64,000 nt of DNA from NCBI GenBank assembly GCA_963795855.1, contig CAWCIZ010000003.1, positions 1,003,653 through 1,067,652 of the forward strand, given 5' to 3'. The position numbers and the translations under genes are program-made. Each line of letters begins with the position of its first letter. Within the stretch, counting starts at the first letter, position 1. The notes under the pieces are model-generated. The model did not search any database and was not told the DNA's origin. It worked only from the letters and a program-made list of their open reading frames with translations. This document shows, piece by piece, positions 44,826 through 55,056 of the stretch. Source of the DNA: Vulcanimicrobiota bacterium. GTDB lineage: Bacteria > Vulcanimicrobiota > Vulcanimicrobiia > Vulcanimicrobiales > Vulcanimicrobiaceae.

Positions 44826-45680
44826 GTGCACCGAAAACACGCTGCCTTCGCGCTCGTGCTCACGCTGGCCGCGCTTGCGGCAGGCTGCTCCTCGACGTCG
44901 CACGCGCCATCCGCGCTCGCCGCAAGTAACGGCGGCATCGTGACGCTCATGCCGTCGTTCGCTGAAGATCTCTGCGCGATCGGCGCGCAGTCGCAGCTCG
45001 CCGGCGTTTCGCAATACAGTGCCGGAACGCGCTGCGCCAAAGGCGTTCCCGCGGTGGCGAATTTCTCTTCGATCGATGCGGAGAAGATCGTTTCTCTGCA
45101 TGCGCGCGTCGTCGTCGGCATTCCGGCGCAGCGGCCGCTCACGGCCTCGCTTCGCCGCACCGGCATCGCCACTGTTTTTCTGAACGACGATTCCTACGCC
45201 GACATCTTCACCGACATCCGACGCCTAGGTGCGTTAAGCGGACACGATAAAGCGGCGCGCGCGCTGATCGCGAGCCTGCATCGACGCACCGCTCGGCTTC
45301 GCGCGTCGGAACGCGAGGCGGTACGGCCGCGCGTGTTCGTCGTGCTGCAAGCGCAGCCGATTTGGACCGTCGGTCCGCAGTCGTATATTTCGACGCTGCT
45401 GCGGCTCGCCGGCGCGCGAAACGCCGTCACCCGATTGCCCCGCTCCTACGCTCAGTTCAGCTCGGAGGCGTTGCTGCGGCTGCAGCCGGACGCAATCGTC
45501 GCCGGCGGCGATACGCAACTCGGATCGCTCCTGGATCGCGAGCCGTGGCGTTCGCTGCGCGCGGTACGGGGAAAACACGTATTCATTCTTTCGGATCCGG
45601 CCGTCCTGGAGCGCCCGGGCCCGTACTATAACGAGGGGTTATCCTGGCTCATCGAACATTTGCGGCCGCTGACTCGGTAA
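44826..45680 (+). CDS. BtuF-like helical-backbone substrate-binding lipoprotein
   Basis: Lipobox LAAGC, IVTLMPSFAE, EKIVSL, EALLRLQPD, RPGP. Confidence 0.86.
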   Translation: MHRKHAAFALVLTLAALAAGCSSTSHAPSALAASNGGIVTLMPSFAEDLCAIGAQSQLAGVSQYSAGTRCAKGVPAVANFSSIDAEKIVSLHARVVVGIPAQRPLTASLRRTGIATVFLNDDSYADIFTDIRRLGALSGHDKAARALIASLHRRTARLRASEREAVRPRVFVVLQAQPIWTVGPQSYISTLLRLAGARNAVTRLPRSYAQFSSEALLRLQPDAIVAGGDTQLGSLLDREPWRSLRAVRGKHVFILSDPAVLERPGPYYNEGLSWLIEHLRPLTR

Positions 45681-45694
45681 CGGCTGCCCGCGCG

Positions 45695-46724
45695 GTGCTC
45701 GTCGCGGTCGACGTTGCGGATCCGAGGCGACCCATCGATCCCGAACTCGCCGAATTCGAAGCTCTGGCGCACGCCTCGGGCGCGCAGATCCTCGAACGCG
45801 TCGTGCAGAAGCGCGCTCGAGTCGACCCGGCCACGCTCGTCGGCAGCGGCAAGGCGCGCGAGATCGCCGATCTGGCGAAGGATCTCGGCGCGACCTTATT
45901 GCTCGTGCTCAACGATTTGCGCCCGCGTCAGCGGAAGAATCTGGAAAAGATCGTCCCGCTGCCCATCGTCGATCGCACGATGCTTATTCTCGACGTTTTC
46001 GCGCAGCACGCACGAAGCCGCGAAGGCAAGCTGCAAGTGGAGCTCGCGCAGCTGCGCTACCGGCAATCGAATCTGATCGGCGCCGGCGCTGATTTATCGC
46101 GCTTGGGCGGCGGAATCGGCACGCGCGGTCCAGGTGAAACCAAACTCGAAATCGATCGGCGCCGGATCCAGCAGCGCATCAGCGTGCTTTCGCGGCAGCT
46201 GGAAGAGGTTCGCCGGCAGCGCGCGACGCGACGCGCCGCGCCTGGTCGCGAACCGCTCGTCGCGCTCGTGGGATATACGAACGTGGGAAAGTCGTCGCTG
46301 TTGAATCGGCTGGCGCGATCCGATGCGCTCGTCGCGGACCAGCCGTTCGCGACGCTCGATCCGACGATGCGCCGCGTCTGGCTTCGCGCGAATGTTTACG
46401 TTCGAGTCGTCGATACGGTCGGGTTCATCACCGATCTTCCGCGCGATCTCGTCAGCGCATTTCGCGCAACGCTCGAAGAGGCTCGATGAAGCGGATCTGC
46501 TCGTGCACGTGGTGGACGCGGCAAACGCCGATTGGCCGCGGCAGATGCAAGCGGTAGATGGAACGCTTCACGACCTGCACTTGGAAACCAAACCGCGCTT
46601 GGTGGTGTTCAACAAATGCGATGCGCTCCGCCAAGAACCGGCACATCCGCCGGGCGCTTTGTGCGTGAGCGCGCGCACCGGAACGGGCATTCGCGAACTC
46701 AAAGAAGCGCTCGAAAAGGTCTAA
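45695..46724 (+). CDS. hflX: GTPase HflX (frameshift near 46485)
   Basis: GGIGTRGPGETKLE, GYTNVGKS, FATLDPT, DTVGFI, FNKCD. Confidence 0.93.
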
Positions 46725-46725
46725 C

Positions 46726-47639
46726 GTGGAAGTACAAGCGATCGACCGGGACGGCATCGCCGGCGTGGCGCGCGTCATCGCGCCGCACGTTCGCAAAACG
46801 CCCGTTCTGGAGCTCGACGGTGCCCTGCTCAAACTGGAGCTGCTGCAGCACGCCGGTTCCTTCAAGACGCGGGGCGCATTCGCGAACTTGCTGCTGCGCG
46901 ACGTTCCCGCCGCGGGCGTGGTTGCGGCGTCCGGCGGAAATCACGGAGCTGCAGTTGCGTACGCCGCGATGCGTTTGGGGGTTCCCGCGAAAATTTTTGT
47001 GCCGAGTATTTCTTCGCCCGCGAAAATCGACCGCATCCGGCGCTACGGCGCGGAGGCTCGTCGTGGGCGGCGATCGCTATGCCGATGCCCTCGCCGCAAG
47101 CGAGGAATGGATCGTCCGGTCGGGCGCCGTGCCCGTTCACGCATTCGATCAACCGGAAACGTTGCTCGGTCAGGGAACCGTCGGAATGGAGATCGCGGAT
47201 CAAGCGGCTGACGTGGACACCGTGCTTGTCGCGGTCGGCGGCGGCGGATTGATCGGCGGAATCGCTGCGTGGTTCGCCGGCGGGACGAAAATCGTCGCAG
47301 TGGAACCCGAGGGCGCTCCGACGCTTGCGATGGCGCTCCGCGAAGGCAAGCCAGTCGACGCGCCGACCGGCAGCATCGCCGCCGACTCGCTTGCGCCCCG
47401 ACGCGTCGGCGAACTGGTATTTCCCATCGCGCAAAAATACGTGGACGGCGTGGTGCTCGTTTCGGACGAAGCGATTCGCGCTGCGCAGCGTGCGCTCTGG
47501 CACGGCGCAACGATCGTGGCGGAGCCGGGCGGGGCGGCGGCCTACGCCGCATTGCTGTCGGGCGGTTACAAGCCCGCTCGCGGCGAACGCGTCTGCGCCG
47601 TCATAAGCGGCGGAAACAGACTCCGCCGTTTCGCTATAA
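46726..47639 (+). CDS. PLP-dependent threonine/serine dehydratase (frameshifts near 47055 and 47620)
   Basis: GSFKTRGA, SGGNHG, VGGGGL, EPGGA, SGGN. Confidence 0.88.
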
Positions 47640-47647
47640 TCGCAGCG

Positions 47648-48343
47648 ATGCTTTTCCGCGCCTTCGCTGTCGCCGCCGCGCTTGCGCTTTGCGCGGGATG
47701 CGCCGCTCATCACTATGAGGATGACGACTTCGTGGCGTCCGCTGCGAAATTGCGTCCGTCGGTCGTACTGCTCTCGATGGACGTTCCGGCGGACAACAAG
47801 CACGAGTCCCCCGACACCGAGTACGCAACCGGAACCGTCGTTGCGAGCGGTCGCTGGGGCAGCGACATCCTCACGGTCGAACATGCGATCGAGGGCGCGT
47901 GGAATTTGCGGGTCACGATCGGCAACAAAAATAAAGCGCGCGGAATCATCGTCGCAAAAGATGCGGATCTCGACGTCGCGCTCGTACGCACCAAGCGACC
48001 GAATCTGCCGGTCGTAAAACTCGGATCGGCGGCCGATGCGCAGCCCGGGCGAATGATCGGGCTCGTCGGCTATCCGATTCCAGATCAATTCGACGATGAA
48101 GGGCTGGGTCTGGCGACGTCGCTGAACTCGGGCCGCGTCTCGTCGATGCGTGAAGACGCGATAGAGGTTACGCTGCAGATCGTACCGGGCGAAAGCGGCA
48201 GCCCGGTGTTTCTGTCGGACACCGGCGAAATCGTCGGCATGGCGGAGTCGCGTTTCGACGAAGAGCGTTCGATCGGATTCGCGCTCCCAATCGACGACGC
48301 AAAGAAATTCCTGCACAAGCACGACGCGAAGCACGGACTGTAG
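47648..48343 (+). CDS. Trypsin-like serine protease lipoprotein (no PDZ)
   Basis: Lipobox LCAGC; TVEH, DVAL, PGESGSP catalytic triad motifs. Confidence 0.85.
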   Translation: MLFRAFAVAAALALCAGCAAHHYEDDDFVASAAKLRPSVVLLSMDVPADNKHESPDTEYATGTVVASGRWGSDILTVEHAIEGAWNLRVTIGNKNKARGIIVAKDADLDVALVRTKRPNLPVVKLGSAADAQPGRMIGLVGYPIPDQFDDEGLGLATSLNSGRVSSMREDAIEVTLQIVPGESGSPVFLSDTGEIVGMAESRFDEERSIGFALPIDDAKKFLHKHDAKHGL

Positions 48344-48348
48344 ATCGA

Positions 48349-49462
48349 TTACGGCAGATGCGCCTTTTGCCGCTCGATGAGCGAGCGGTCCCCAACCCAC
48401 TGTATCGGAGGGATTTCCAGCCAGCGCGCGAGTTCGTTCAAATGCGCACCGTATTGTACGCGTAGACGCGCGAAGTCTTCCCACGCGATCTCCTCGTCCC
48501 GCAAAATGTATCCGGCCTCGCGCAACTGCTCGCAGGCGTGAGTAAATTCGTGCCGCTCCACGCCGACGCGGCCGTTTTCCGAAGCGACCGAGAAGCGGAA
48601 GTACGATGCGAAATCGCTCGTCAGGTGACGGCCGAGCTCGTACATGATCCGCGCTTGGCCGACGCTTTGCGGGTTCTGCATCTTTGCGGGATCGATGCGT
48701 GCTCATCACCAGTGCGGAGGCGTCCATCAGCGTTCCCAAGGTTCCGACCCAAGACTCGTAGTCGTGACTCGAGCGAAACATCACCAGCACCGGATATGCG
48801 AGGTGGCTTTCCATGATTTGCGCGGTCCACGTTTGCGCCTCGCGAAATACCTGCGCGACGTCCGCGCGAATCCCGGCATAGCCGTGCACCTCGAGCAATC
48901 CCACGCCGCTCGGGGGGACGCCCGCGCGTGCGCCGATCGTAACGACGAACGTTTCCCGATTTTGAAATGCGCCGAAAACGGCGAACAGAAACGACGTGAC
49001 GACTGCTACCACGCCGAGGCCGCACGACGCGGCGACGAGCGACATGACGCGAGCGAACGTCGAAGCGGCAACGATGTCGCCGTATCCGATCGTCAGCAGC
49101 GAGGCGCCGGCGTAATAAACTGCTGCACCGAACGTCAAGTCCGAAGGGCGCATCTGCGCTCGAACGCCGTAGAAAAACAATCCCCAGCCGATGACCAGCA
49201 TTGCCACCCAGACGATGAGAATCAGCACCAGGTGAAACGGAGCGAACGTGCCGAGGAAATCTTCGCGGCGATCTTCGTCGTTGCGAAAAAGCCGGTAAGC
49301 GATGCGCGGCCAGATTCGCCAGGTCCATCGCATCAAATACCAGCTGACGCGCAGCGTGGTATTCTCGGCGCGCGGAACGATGACGCCCTGAAACACGTCC
49401 CGCAGCGCGACTGCGACGACGAACAGGCCGCCGGCAGCGGCGGCGATGTTCTGCGCGCTTAT
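48349..49462 (-). CDS. Potassium channel family protein (frameshift near 48700; start uncertain)
   Basis: Selectivity filter TIGYGD; C-terminal ESHLAYPVL...FRS domain. Confidence 0.82.
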
Positions 49463-49908
49463 GGGGCGGTGCTCGACCCCGGCGTCGGCGTTTCCGCCGG
49501 AATCGGCGTAGCCACGCCTGCAGTCGGCGTCGGAGTCGGGGGCGGCGGTGCCGTCGGGCCGCCGGTGAGCGGCATGATGCGCAGATAGCCGATGCTCGTC
49601 GTCTTGTCTTGGTGCACGGCCGCCTCTGCGCTGTTTCGCTCGTATCCCGGCGCGCTCGCCGTTACGCTCTGATGTCCGATCGGAATGTTCGAAAGCGTGA
49701 ATGCGCCGTTGGGATCGGTATAAGCGGTGTACAGCGAACCGACTGAAACGAGGACGTTTCCGACCGGGCGGTTGTTGGTGGCATCGAGAACGCGGCCGAC
49801 GATCGTTCCGAACTGCTGCACGCCGACCCCGTTCGGGTTGCTGCAGCCGCCGCCGTTTGCGCCGAGGCTGAGCAAAAAGACGAAACCCAAAACCCACAAT
49901 TTGCGCAT
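49459..49908 (-). CDS. Lipoprotein with carboxypeptidase-regulatory-like domain and Pro/Thr tail
   Basis: Signal ending GGGC, GTIVGRVLDA, TDPNGAFTL, SAPGY. Confidence 0.78.
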   Translation of the reverse strand: MRKLWVLGFVFLLSLGANGGGCSNPNGVGVQQFGTIVGRVLDATNNRPVGNVLVSVGSLYTAYTDPNGAFTLSNIPIGHQSVTASAPGYERNSAEAAVHQDKTTSIGYLRIMPLTGGPTAPPPPTPTPTAGVATPIPAETPTPGSSTAP

Positions 49909-50010
49909 AAGCCTACCTTCGCGATAAACGCTTCGTCACACTCGCGCCGCTCGGTGCCACTTAAGTAGCACCCTTGCGCCGGCCTGCCGCGGGTAGGTGT
50001 TCGTTAACGC

Positions 50011-50028
50011 TTGTGAAAAATTTCACAA
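50011..50028. promoter_or_regulatory. Rex operator upstream of nuoA
   Basis: TTGTGAA-AAAT-TTCACAA matches the Rex consensus TTGTGAA-N4-TTCACAA; 3 nt before the nuoA ATG. Confidence 0.8.
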
Positions 50029-50031
50029 GCG

Positions 50032-50385
50032 ATGACTCCCTATGGTCCCGTAGCGATTTTTGTGGCCGTTGCGTTCGTAGCGGCCCTGGGCTTCAGCCTG
50101 TTGCCCGGTTTGCTGGCGCAGCGCAAGCCCAATCCGGAAAAAGAGCAGGCGTATGAGTGCGGCGTCGAGCCGACCTCCAGCGTTGCCGGGCGCTTTCCGA
50201 TCAAGTTTTATCTGATTGCGATGCTCTTCGTCGTTCTCGACGTCGAAGCTGCGTCGTTCTATCCGTGGGCCGTTCAAATGCACGCGCTCCGCATGTTCGG
50301 ATTGCTCGAAATGGTCGTCTTCGTGGTGGTGCTCGCGATTGGATACGCGTATGTGTGGAAAAAACGAGGCTTCGAATGGAGATAG
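50032..50385 (+). CDS. nuoA: NADH-quinone oxidoreductase subunit A
   Basis: [24 protein letters not shown]. Confidence 0.95.
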   Translation: MTPYGPVAIFVAVAFVAALGFSLLPGLLAQRKPNPEKEQAYECGVEPTSSVAGRFPIKFYLIAMLFVVLDVEAASFYPWAVQMHALRMFGLLEMVVFVVVLAIGYAYVWKKRGFEWR

Positions 50386-50861
50386 GGCCGGGGCAGTTTT
50401 TTCTTGCCAAATTGGACGAGGTCGTACGCTGGGCGCAAAGCTCGAGCGTGTGGCCTCTCACGATGGGTCTGGCATGCTGCGCCATCGAGATGATGTCCGT
50501 CACGTCCGCGGAGTACGACATCGCGCGGCTCGGCTCTGAAGTCTTTCGTCCATCACCGCGCCAAGCGGATTTGATGATCGTCTCCGGCCGCGTAGCGCAA
50601 AAGATGGGGCCGGTCGTGAAAAGGCTCTACGATCAAATGGCGGACCCGAAATGGGTCATCTCGATGGGCGCATGCGCGAGTTCGGGCGGCGTTTTCGACA
50701 ATTACGCGGTCGTTCAGGGCGTCGATACGATCATTCCGGTCGACGTGTACGTTCCCGGGTGTCCGCCGACGCCCGACGGGTTGCTCTACGCCGTCAACCT
50801 CATTCAACAACAGATCCGCGAAGGCGGCCGCGGCGGCCTCTTCAGCTCGAGCCTAAACTAA
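50376..50861 (+). CDS. nuoB: NADH-quinone oxidoreductase subunit B
   Basis: [26 protein letters not shown]. Confidence 0.95.
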   Translation: MEIGPGQFFLAKLDEVVRWAQSSSVWPLTMGLACCAIEMMSVTSAEYDIARLGSEVFRPSPRQADLMIVSGRVAQKMGPVVKRLYDQMADPKWVISMGACASSGGVFDNYAVVQGVDTIIPVDVYVPGCPPTPDGLLYAVNLIQQQIREGGRGGLFSSSLN

Positions 50862-50893
50862 CGACCACGCCAGTTAAAGAATAAGAGTCTTTC

Positions 50894-51514
50894 ATGCCGA
50901 GTTCGCAATCACCGCCGCTTCTGGGCGGCGCGATTGACCCCACCGCCGTGCGCCCGCCCATCGACGACGCAAGCATCGAACGCGTCGATCCGTCGCGCGT
51001 GCACGCGCGTTTGGAAGAATTGCGCGCCGAGGGTTACACGATGCTGCTGGACGTCGGCGCCGTCGATTATCCGGCGCGCGAACCGCGTTTCGACGTCGTG
51101 TATCACTTGCTGAAGATGCCGGTTCGCAAAGCGGCACTAGCGGAAGTCGGCAAACCGCAGCGTTTCCGTTTGCTTTGCGGCGTGCCCGCGGAGAATACCG
51201 TGCTGCCGACGGCATGCGACTTGTGGAAGTCGGCGGATTGGGCCGAGCGCGAAATCTACGATCTGTTCGGCATCAGCTTCGAAGGTCACCCGGATATGCG
51301 CCGCATTCAAATGCCGAACGACTGGGAAGGCTATCCGCTGCGCAAGGATTATCCGCTGCGCGGTCCAGCGCGCGAGCGTTCGCCGCGCCCGGCGTTTGCG
51401 CTGAAGTCGAATGTCGACGCCGGCACGCCGCCGTCCGGAAGAACGCTCGAAGCGCTGCAGGCGCAGATCGCAAAACGGCGATCGAACGGCGCGCCTGGGG
51501 AGGATTCAAAGTGA
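50894..51514 (+). CDS. nuoC: NADH-quinone oxidoreductase subunit C
   Basis: WAEREIYDLFGI, GHPD, PLRKDYP. Confidence 0.95.
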   Translation: MPSSQSPPLLGGAIDPTAVRPPIDDASIERVDPSRVHARLEELRAEGYTMLLDVGAVDYPAREPRFDVVYHLLKMPVRKAALAEVGKPQRFRLLCGVPAENTVLPTACDLWKSADWAEREIYDLFGISFEGHPDMRRIQMPNDWEGYPLRKDYPLRGPARERSPRPAFALKSNVDAGTPPSGRTLEALQAQIAKRRSNGAPGEDSK

Positions 51515-52734
51515 GCGTTTCCGCGACGCCGCTCACGCCGGAACTCGTTTCGCGCGATGGCAATGCCATGGTGCTTTCCATGGGGCCGCAGCATCCCTCC
51601 ACGCACGGCGTGCTGCAAATCATGCTCGAGATCGAGGGCGAGAACATTGTCCGCGCCGAACCGGAGATTGGCTATCTTCACACCGGCATCGAAAAGAACT
51701 GCGAGAATCAGTTCTGGTCGACCGCGCAGACCAACGTCGAACGCATGGACTATCTCGCGCCGAGCAACAACGCGTTCTGCTACGCGTTGGCGGTCGAGCA
51801 GCTGCTGGGAATCACCGATCGAATCCCCGAACGCGCGCAATTAATTCGCGTGCTCAATGCGGAGCTTACGCGCATCGCATCGCACTGCGTCTGGCTCGGC
51901 ACCGGCGGCATCGATCTCGGCGCGCTTTCGGTTTTCTTTTACACCTTCGACCTGCGCGAAAACATTCTGGATCTGCAAGAAGCAGCCGGCGGCGCGCGCA
52001 TGCATCCTAATTACATCCGCGTCGGCGGCGTCAACGGCGATTTGCCCGACGGCTACGCCGAGCGTCTGAACGCGCTCATCGAAAAGTTCCCCGGACGCAT
52101 GCGCGATCTGCGCGCGCTGCTTCAGGCGAATCCAATCTTGCAGGACCGGATGATCGACGTCGGCATCATGACCCCGGAAGAAGCCGTGCAGTGGAACGTC
52201 ACGGGCCCGAGTTTGCGCGCCAGCGGCGTCGCATACGACGTGCGCAAAGCGTATCCGTATTCCGGCTACGAGACGCTGACGTTTGACGTTCCGACGCGCG
52301 AAGACGGCGATTCGTACGCACGCTTCCTCGTGCGGCTGGACGAAATGGAAGAATCGATGCGCATCATCAAACAGGTTCGCGCGAGACTGCTCGAGACGCC
52401 CGGACCGGTGATGATCGACGACACCAAGGTGGCTCCGCCGCCGAAAGAAACGATCGCCCTTTCGATGGAAGCGCTGATCCATCACTTCAAATACATGACC
52501 GAGGGCTTCCGCGTTCCGCCGGGAGACGTCTATCAAGCCACCGAGAGCCCCCGAGGCGAACTCGCGTATTACATCGTCTCGGACGGAGGCAACCGCCCCT
52601 ACCGCGTGCGCACGCGCCCGCCGTCGCTCTACAATCTGCAAGCCCTAAAAGGCATGGCGCCGGGGAATCTCATCGCCGATCTCGTCGTTATGATCGGTTC
52701 GCTCGACCCGGTTTTCGGCGAGGTCGACAGATGA
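51511..52734 (+). CDS. nuoD: NADH-quinone oxidoreductase subunit D
   Basis: MGPQHPSTHGVL, GYLHTGIEK, ESPRGE, DPVFGEVDR; GTGA overlap. Confidence 0.95.
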   Translation: MSVSATPLTPELVSRDGNAMVLSMGPQHPSTHGVLQIMLEIEGENIVRAEPEIGYLHTGIEKNCENQFWSTAQTNVERMDYLAPSNNAFCYALAVEQLLGITDRIPERAQLIRVLNAELTRIASHCVWLGTGGIDLGALSVFFYTFDLRENILDLQEAAGGARMHPNYIRVGGVNGDLPDGYAERLNALIEKFPGRMRDLRALLQANPILQDRMIDVGIMTPEEAVQWNVTGPSLRASGVAYDVRKAYPYSGYETLTFDVPTREDGDSYARFLVRLDEMEESMRIIKQVRARLLETPGPVMIDDTKVAPPPKETIALSMEALIHHFKYMTEGFRVPPGDVYQATESPRGELAYYIVSDGGNRPYRVRTRPPSLYNLQALKGMAPGNLIADLVVMIGSLDPVFGEVDR

Positions 52735-52750
52735 TTACTCTGGCCCTCGT

Positions 52751-52900
52751 CGCGCCGACATTGCGCCGTAAAACCGCTGGCAGTTTTTCCATCCATGGAA
52801 AAACTGCCGCTTCTCTGCTTTTTTGCGTCAACGAAGTTTTGAAGAAAACATCCTGTTTTGCGCAAAAAAGTCAGAGATTTCCCGGCGCAACGTCGGCACG
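52751..52900 (-). repeat. Structured intergenic repeat, copy A (core 52769-52882, arms 52751-52768 and 52883-52900)
   Basis: Reverse complement aligns without gaps to 55080-55193 at 98/114 positions; nested hairpins. Confidence 0.9.
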
Positions 52901-52997
52901 CCGCGAGCCGGCGAGAGCGGTCGGTTCATCTCGCCGGCGCATAACCGGCCAGCGCGCTGCCTCGAAGAGAATCGCCGATGCGAGTTTGTAAATAATT

Positions 52998-53762
52998 ATG
53001 GATTCGAGAACCGAAAATTTTCCGGCGTTGCTGGAACGCCTGAAACCGCAATGCGAAGAGATCGTCGGCCGGTACGAGCATTCGCGATCTGCGCTGTTGC
53101 CGCTGATTCATCTGTTTCAGGAGCACGAGGGGTACGCGAGTGCGCAGGCGCAGCGCGCGGTTGCCGAGATGCTGAGCCTTACGCCGGCGATCGTGGAGTC
53201 GACGGTGTCGTTTTACACGCTGTTCTTCCGCAAGCCGGTCGGAAAATACATGCTGCAAGTATGCCGCGGGCTGGCCTGCGCGATCAACGGCGCCGAGGAC
53301 GTCATGGCGTATTTCCGGGAGAAACTCGGCATCGGACATCTGCAGACGACGGACGACGGCCTGTTCTCGTATGAAGAGGTCGAATGTCTCGCGGCGTGCG
53401 ACCGGGCGAGTTGCATGCAAGTCAATCTCGATTTCGTCTACGATCTGACGCCGCGAATGATCGATGAGATGTTGGACGCCATGCGCGCGGGCACGTATTC
53501 GACTGGGCCGATGGCGCAAACAGATGCGCCGTCGCGCACGTGGAAGGTTCTTCAAGATACGCAAGTCTCGCAGGGCGGAAAATCGGCGGGCGCGATCGAC
53601 CAGCCCAACCCGAACAACGGCGCGGGCATCGACAAAGACGGCGTGATCGTGATCGATCGCATTTTGGCGCAGCAGCCGAGCTTTTCGGGTCGCACGAAGG
53701 AGCGGCTCGCGAACGTCGATTCGTCCATCACGACGGTGCTCGATCACGAGGAATTGCAGTAA
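52998..53762 (+). CDS. nuoE: NADH-quinone oxidoreductase subunit E
   Basis: SFYT, CRGLAC and ECLAAC 2Fe-2S ligands; C-terminal extension. Confidence 0.93.
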   Translation: MDSRTENFPALLERLKPQCEEIVGRYEHSRSALLPLIHLFQEHEGYASAQAQRAVAEMLSLTPAIVESTVSFYTLFFRKPVGKYMLQVCRGLACAINGAEDVMAYFREKLGIGHLQTTDDGLFSYEEVECLAACDRASCMQVNLDFVYDLTPRMIDEMLDAMRAGTYSTGPMAQTDAPSRTWKVLQDTQVSQGGKSAGAIDQPNPNNGAGIDKDGVIVIDRILAQQPSFSGRTKERLANVDSSITTVLDHEELQ

Positions 53763-55021
53763 TGCCGGTCACCAAAGTCCTCACCGCCGGGATCGGCGAA
53801 GCCGACCTGCGAGATATCAAGGTGTACCGCGACCGCGGCGGATACGAGCAGCTCGAGCGTGCATTCAGGAACATGAAGCCGGCGGACGTCCTTGAGGCGG
53901 CCGACAAGTCCGGGTTGCGCGGACGCGGCGGCGCGGGGTTTCCCACCGGCCGCAAGTGGTCGTTTTTGCCGAACAACGACCGGCCGCGCTATCTCGTGTG
54001 CAACTGCGATGAGGCCGAACCGGGCACGTTCAAAGACCACATGCTGCTCGAAGAAACGCCGCACTTGGTGCTCGAAGGCATCCTGCTCGGCGCCTACGGC
54101 ATCGGTTCGCACCACGCCTACATCTATATACGCGGCGAGTTCAAGCGGGGCGCCGAGATCTTCGACGAGACGATCGCGCAGGCGCGCAAGGCCGGACTGG
54201 TGGGCAAGAATCTCTTCGGGACCGGCTACGACCTGGAAGTCACGGTGCATCGCGGCGCCGGCGCGTACATTTGCGGCGAGGAAACTGCGCTGCTCAATTC
54301 GCTCGAAGGAAAGCGCGGCGAGCCTCGTCTGAAACCGCCGTTCCCCGCGGTCGCCGGCTTGTATGGTATGCCGACCGTCGTCAACAACGTCGAAACGCTC
54401 GCCTACCTCGTCCCGATTCTGGAAAAGGGCGCCGAGTGGTTTGCATCGGTGGGAACCGAACGAAGCAAAGGCTACAAGATCATTTCCATCAGCGGCCACG
54501 TGAAGAAGCCCGGCAACTACGAAGTCGCACTCGGCACGCCGGTTCGCGAACTCATCGAAATCGCCGGCGGCTTACGCGACGGCCGCAAACTGATGGCGAT
54601 TCAGCCCGGCGGCGGTTCGTCCGCCTGTATCTTCGAAGAACATCTCGACTTGCCGTACGACTATGAGTCGCTGGCCAAAGCGGGAACGATGCTCGGTTCG
54701 GGTGCGATGGTCGTGATGGACGACACCACCGACTTCGTGCGTGCCGCTCACAACATGGTGCGGTTCTTCGCGCACGAATCGTGCGGACAGTGCACGCCCT
54801 GCCGCGAAGGCGGCGACTGGCTCGAAACGGTGCTGCATCGCCTGGTCGATGGCCGCGGCGTACCGTCCGACATCGACATGCTTCTCCGCGTCGGTCACCA
54901 AATCACCGGCATCAACTTGTGCCCGCTCGGCGATTCAATCGAACCGTTCCTGTTGTCGGTGTTGAAGCGCTTTCCCGAACAATTCCAAAAACGCGTTATC
55001 AGAGAGACGGTCCCATTGTGA
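53762..55021 (+). CDS. nuoF: NADH-quinone oxidoreductase subunit F
   Basis: GLRGRGGAGF, DEAEPGTFKD, YICGEETAL, ESCGQCTPCREG. Confidence 0.96.
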   Translation: MPVTKVLTAGIGEADLRDIKVYRDRGGYEQLERAFRNMKPADVLEAADKSGLRGRGGAGFPTGRKWSFLPNNDRPRYLVCNCDEAEPGTFKDHMLLEETPHLVLEGILLGAYGIGSHHAYIYIRGEFKRGAEIFDETIAQARKAGLVGKNLFGTGYDLEVTVHRGAGAYICGEETALLNSLEGKRGEPRLKPPFPAVAGLYGMPTVVNNVETLAYLVPILEKGAEWFASVGTERSKGYKIISISGHVKKPGNYEVALGTPVRELIEIAGGLRDGRKLMAIQPGGGSSACIFEEHLDLPYDYESLAKAGTMLGSGAMVVMDDTTDFVRAAHNMVRFFAHESCGQCTPCREGGDWLETVLHRLVDGRGVPSDIDMLLRVGHQITGINLCPLGDSIEPFLLSVLKRFPEQFQKRVIRETVPL

Positions 55022-55056
55022 GCGCGTCACGGGCAACGTCTCGCCTCGCAACCGCT

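Noticed and set aside
44594..45172. Overlapping N-terminal extensions of the BtuB-like and BtuF-like ORFs
   Set aside because: They run through the riboswitch; signal peptides place the true starts at 44593 and about 44826.
46532..48343. Apparent dehydratase-protease fusion (603 aa)
   Set aside because: An indel near 47620 skips the TAA at 47637-47639; the protease has its own ATG and lipoprotein signal.
46862..49897. 1011-aa minus-strand ORF
   Set aside because: Only the central potassium-channel part is real; the rest is off-frame or antisense to genuine genes.
52731..52991. 86-aa ORF in the nuoD-E spacer (and the similar 54781-55245 ORF)
   Set aside because: These are translations of the repeat element; the two copies are in opposite orientations and the changes track base pairing, not codons.
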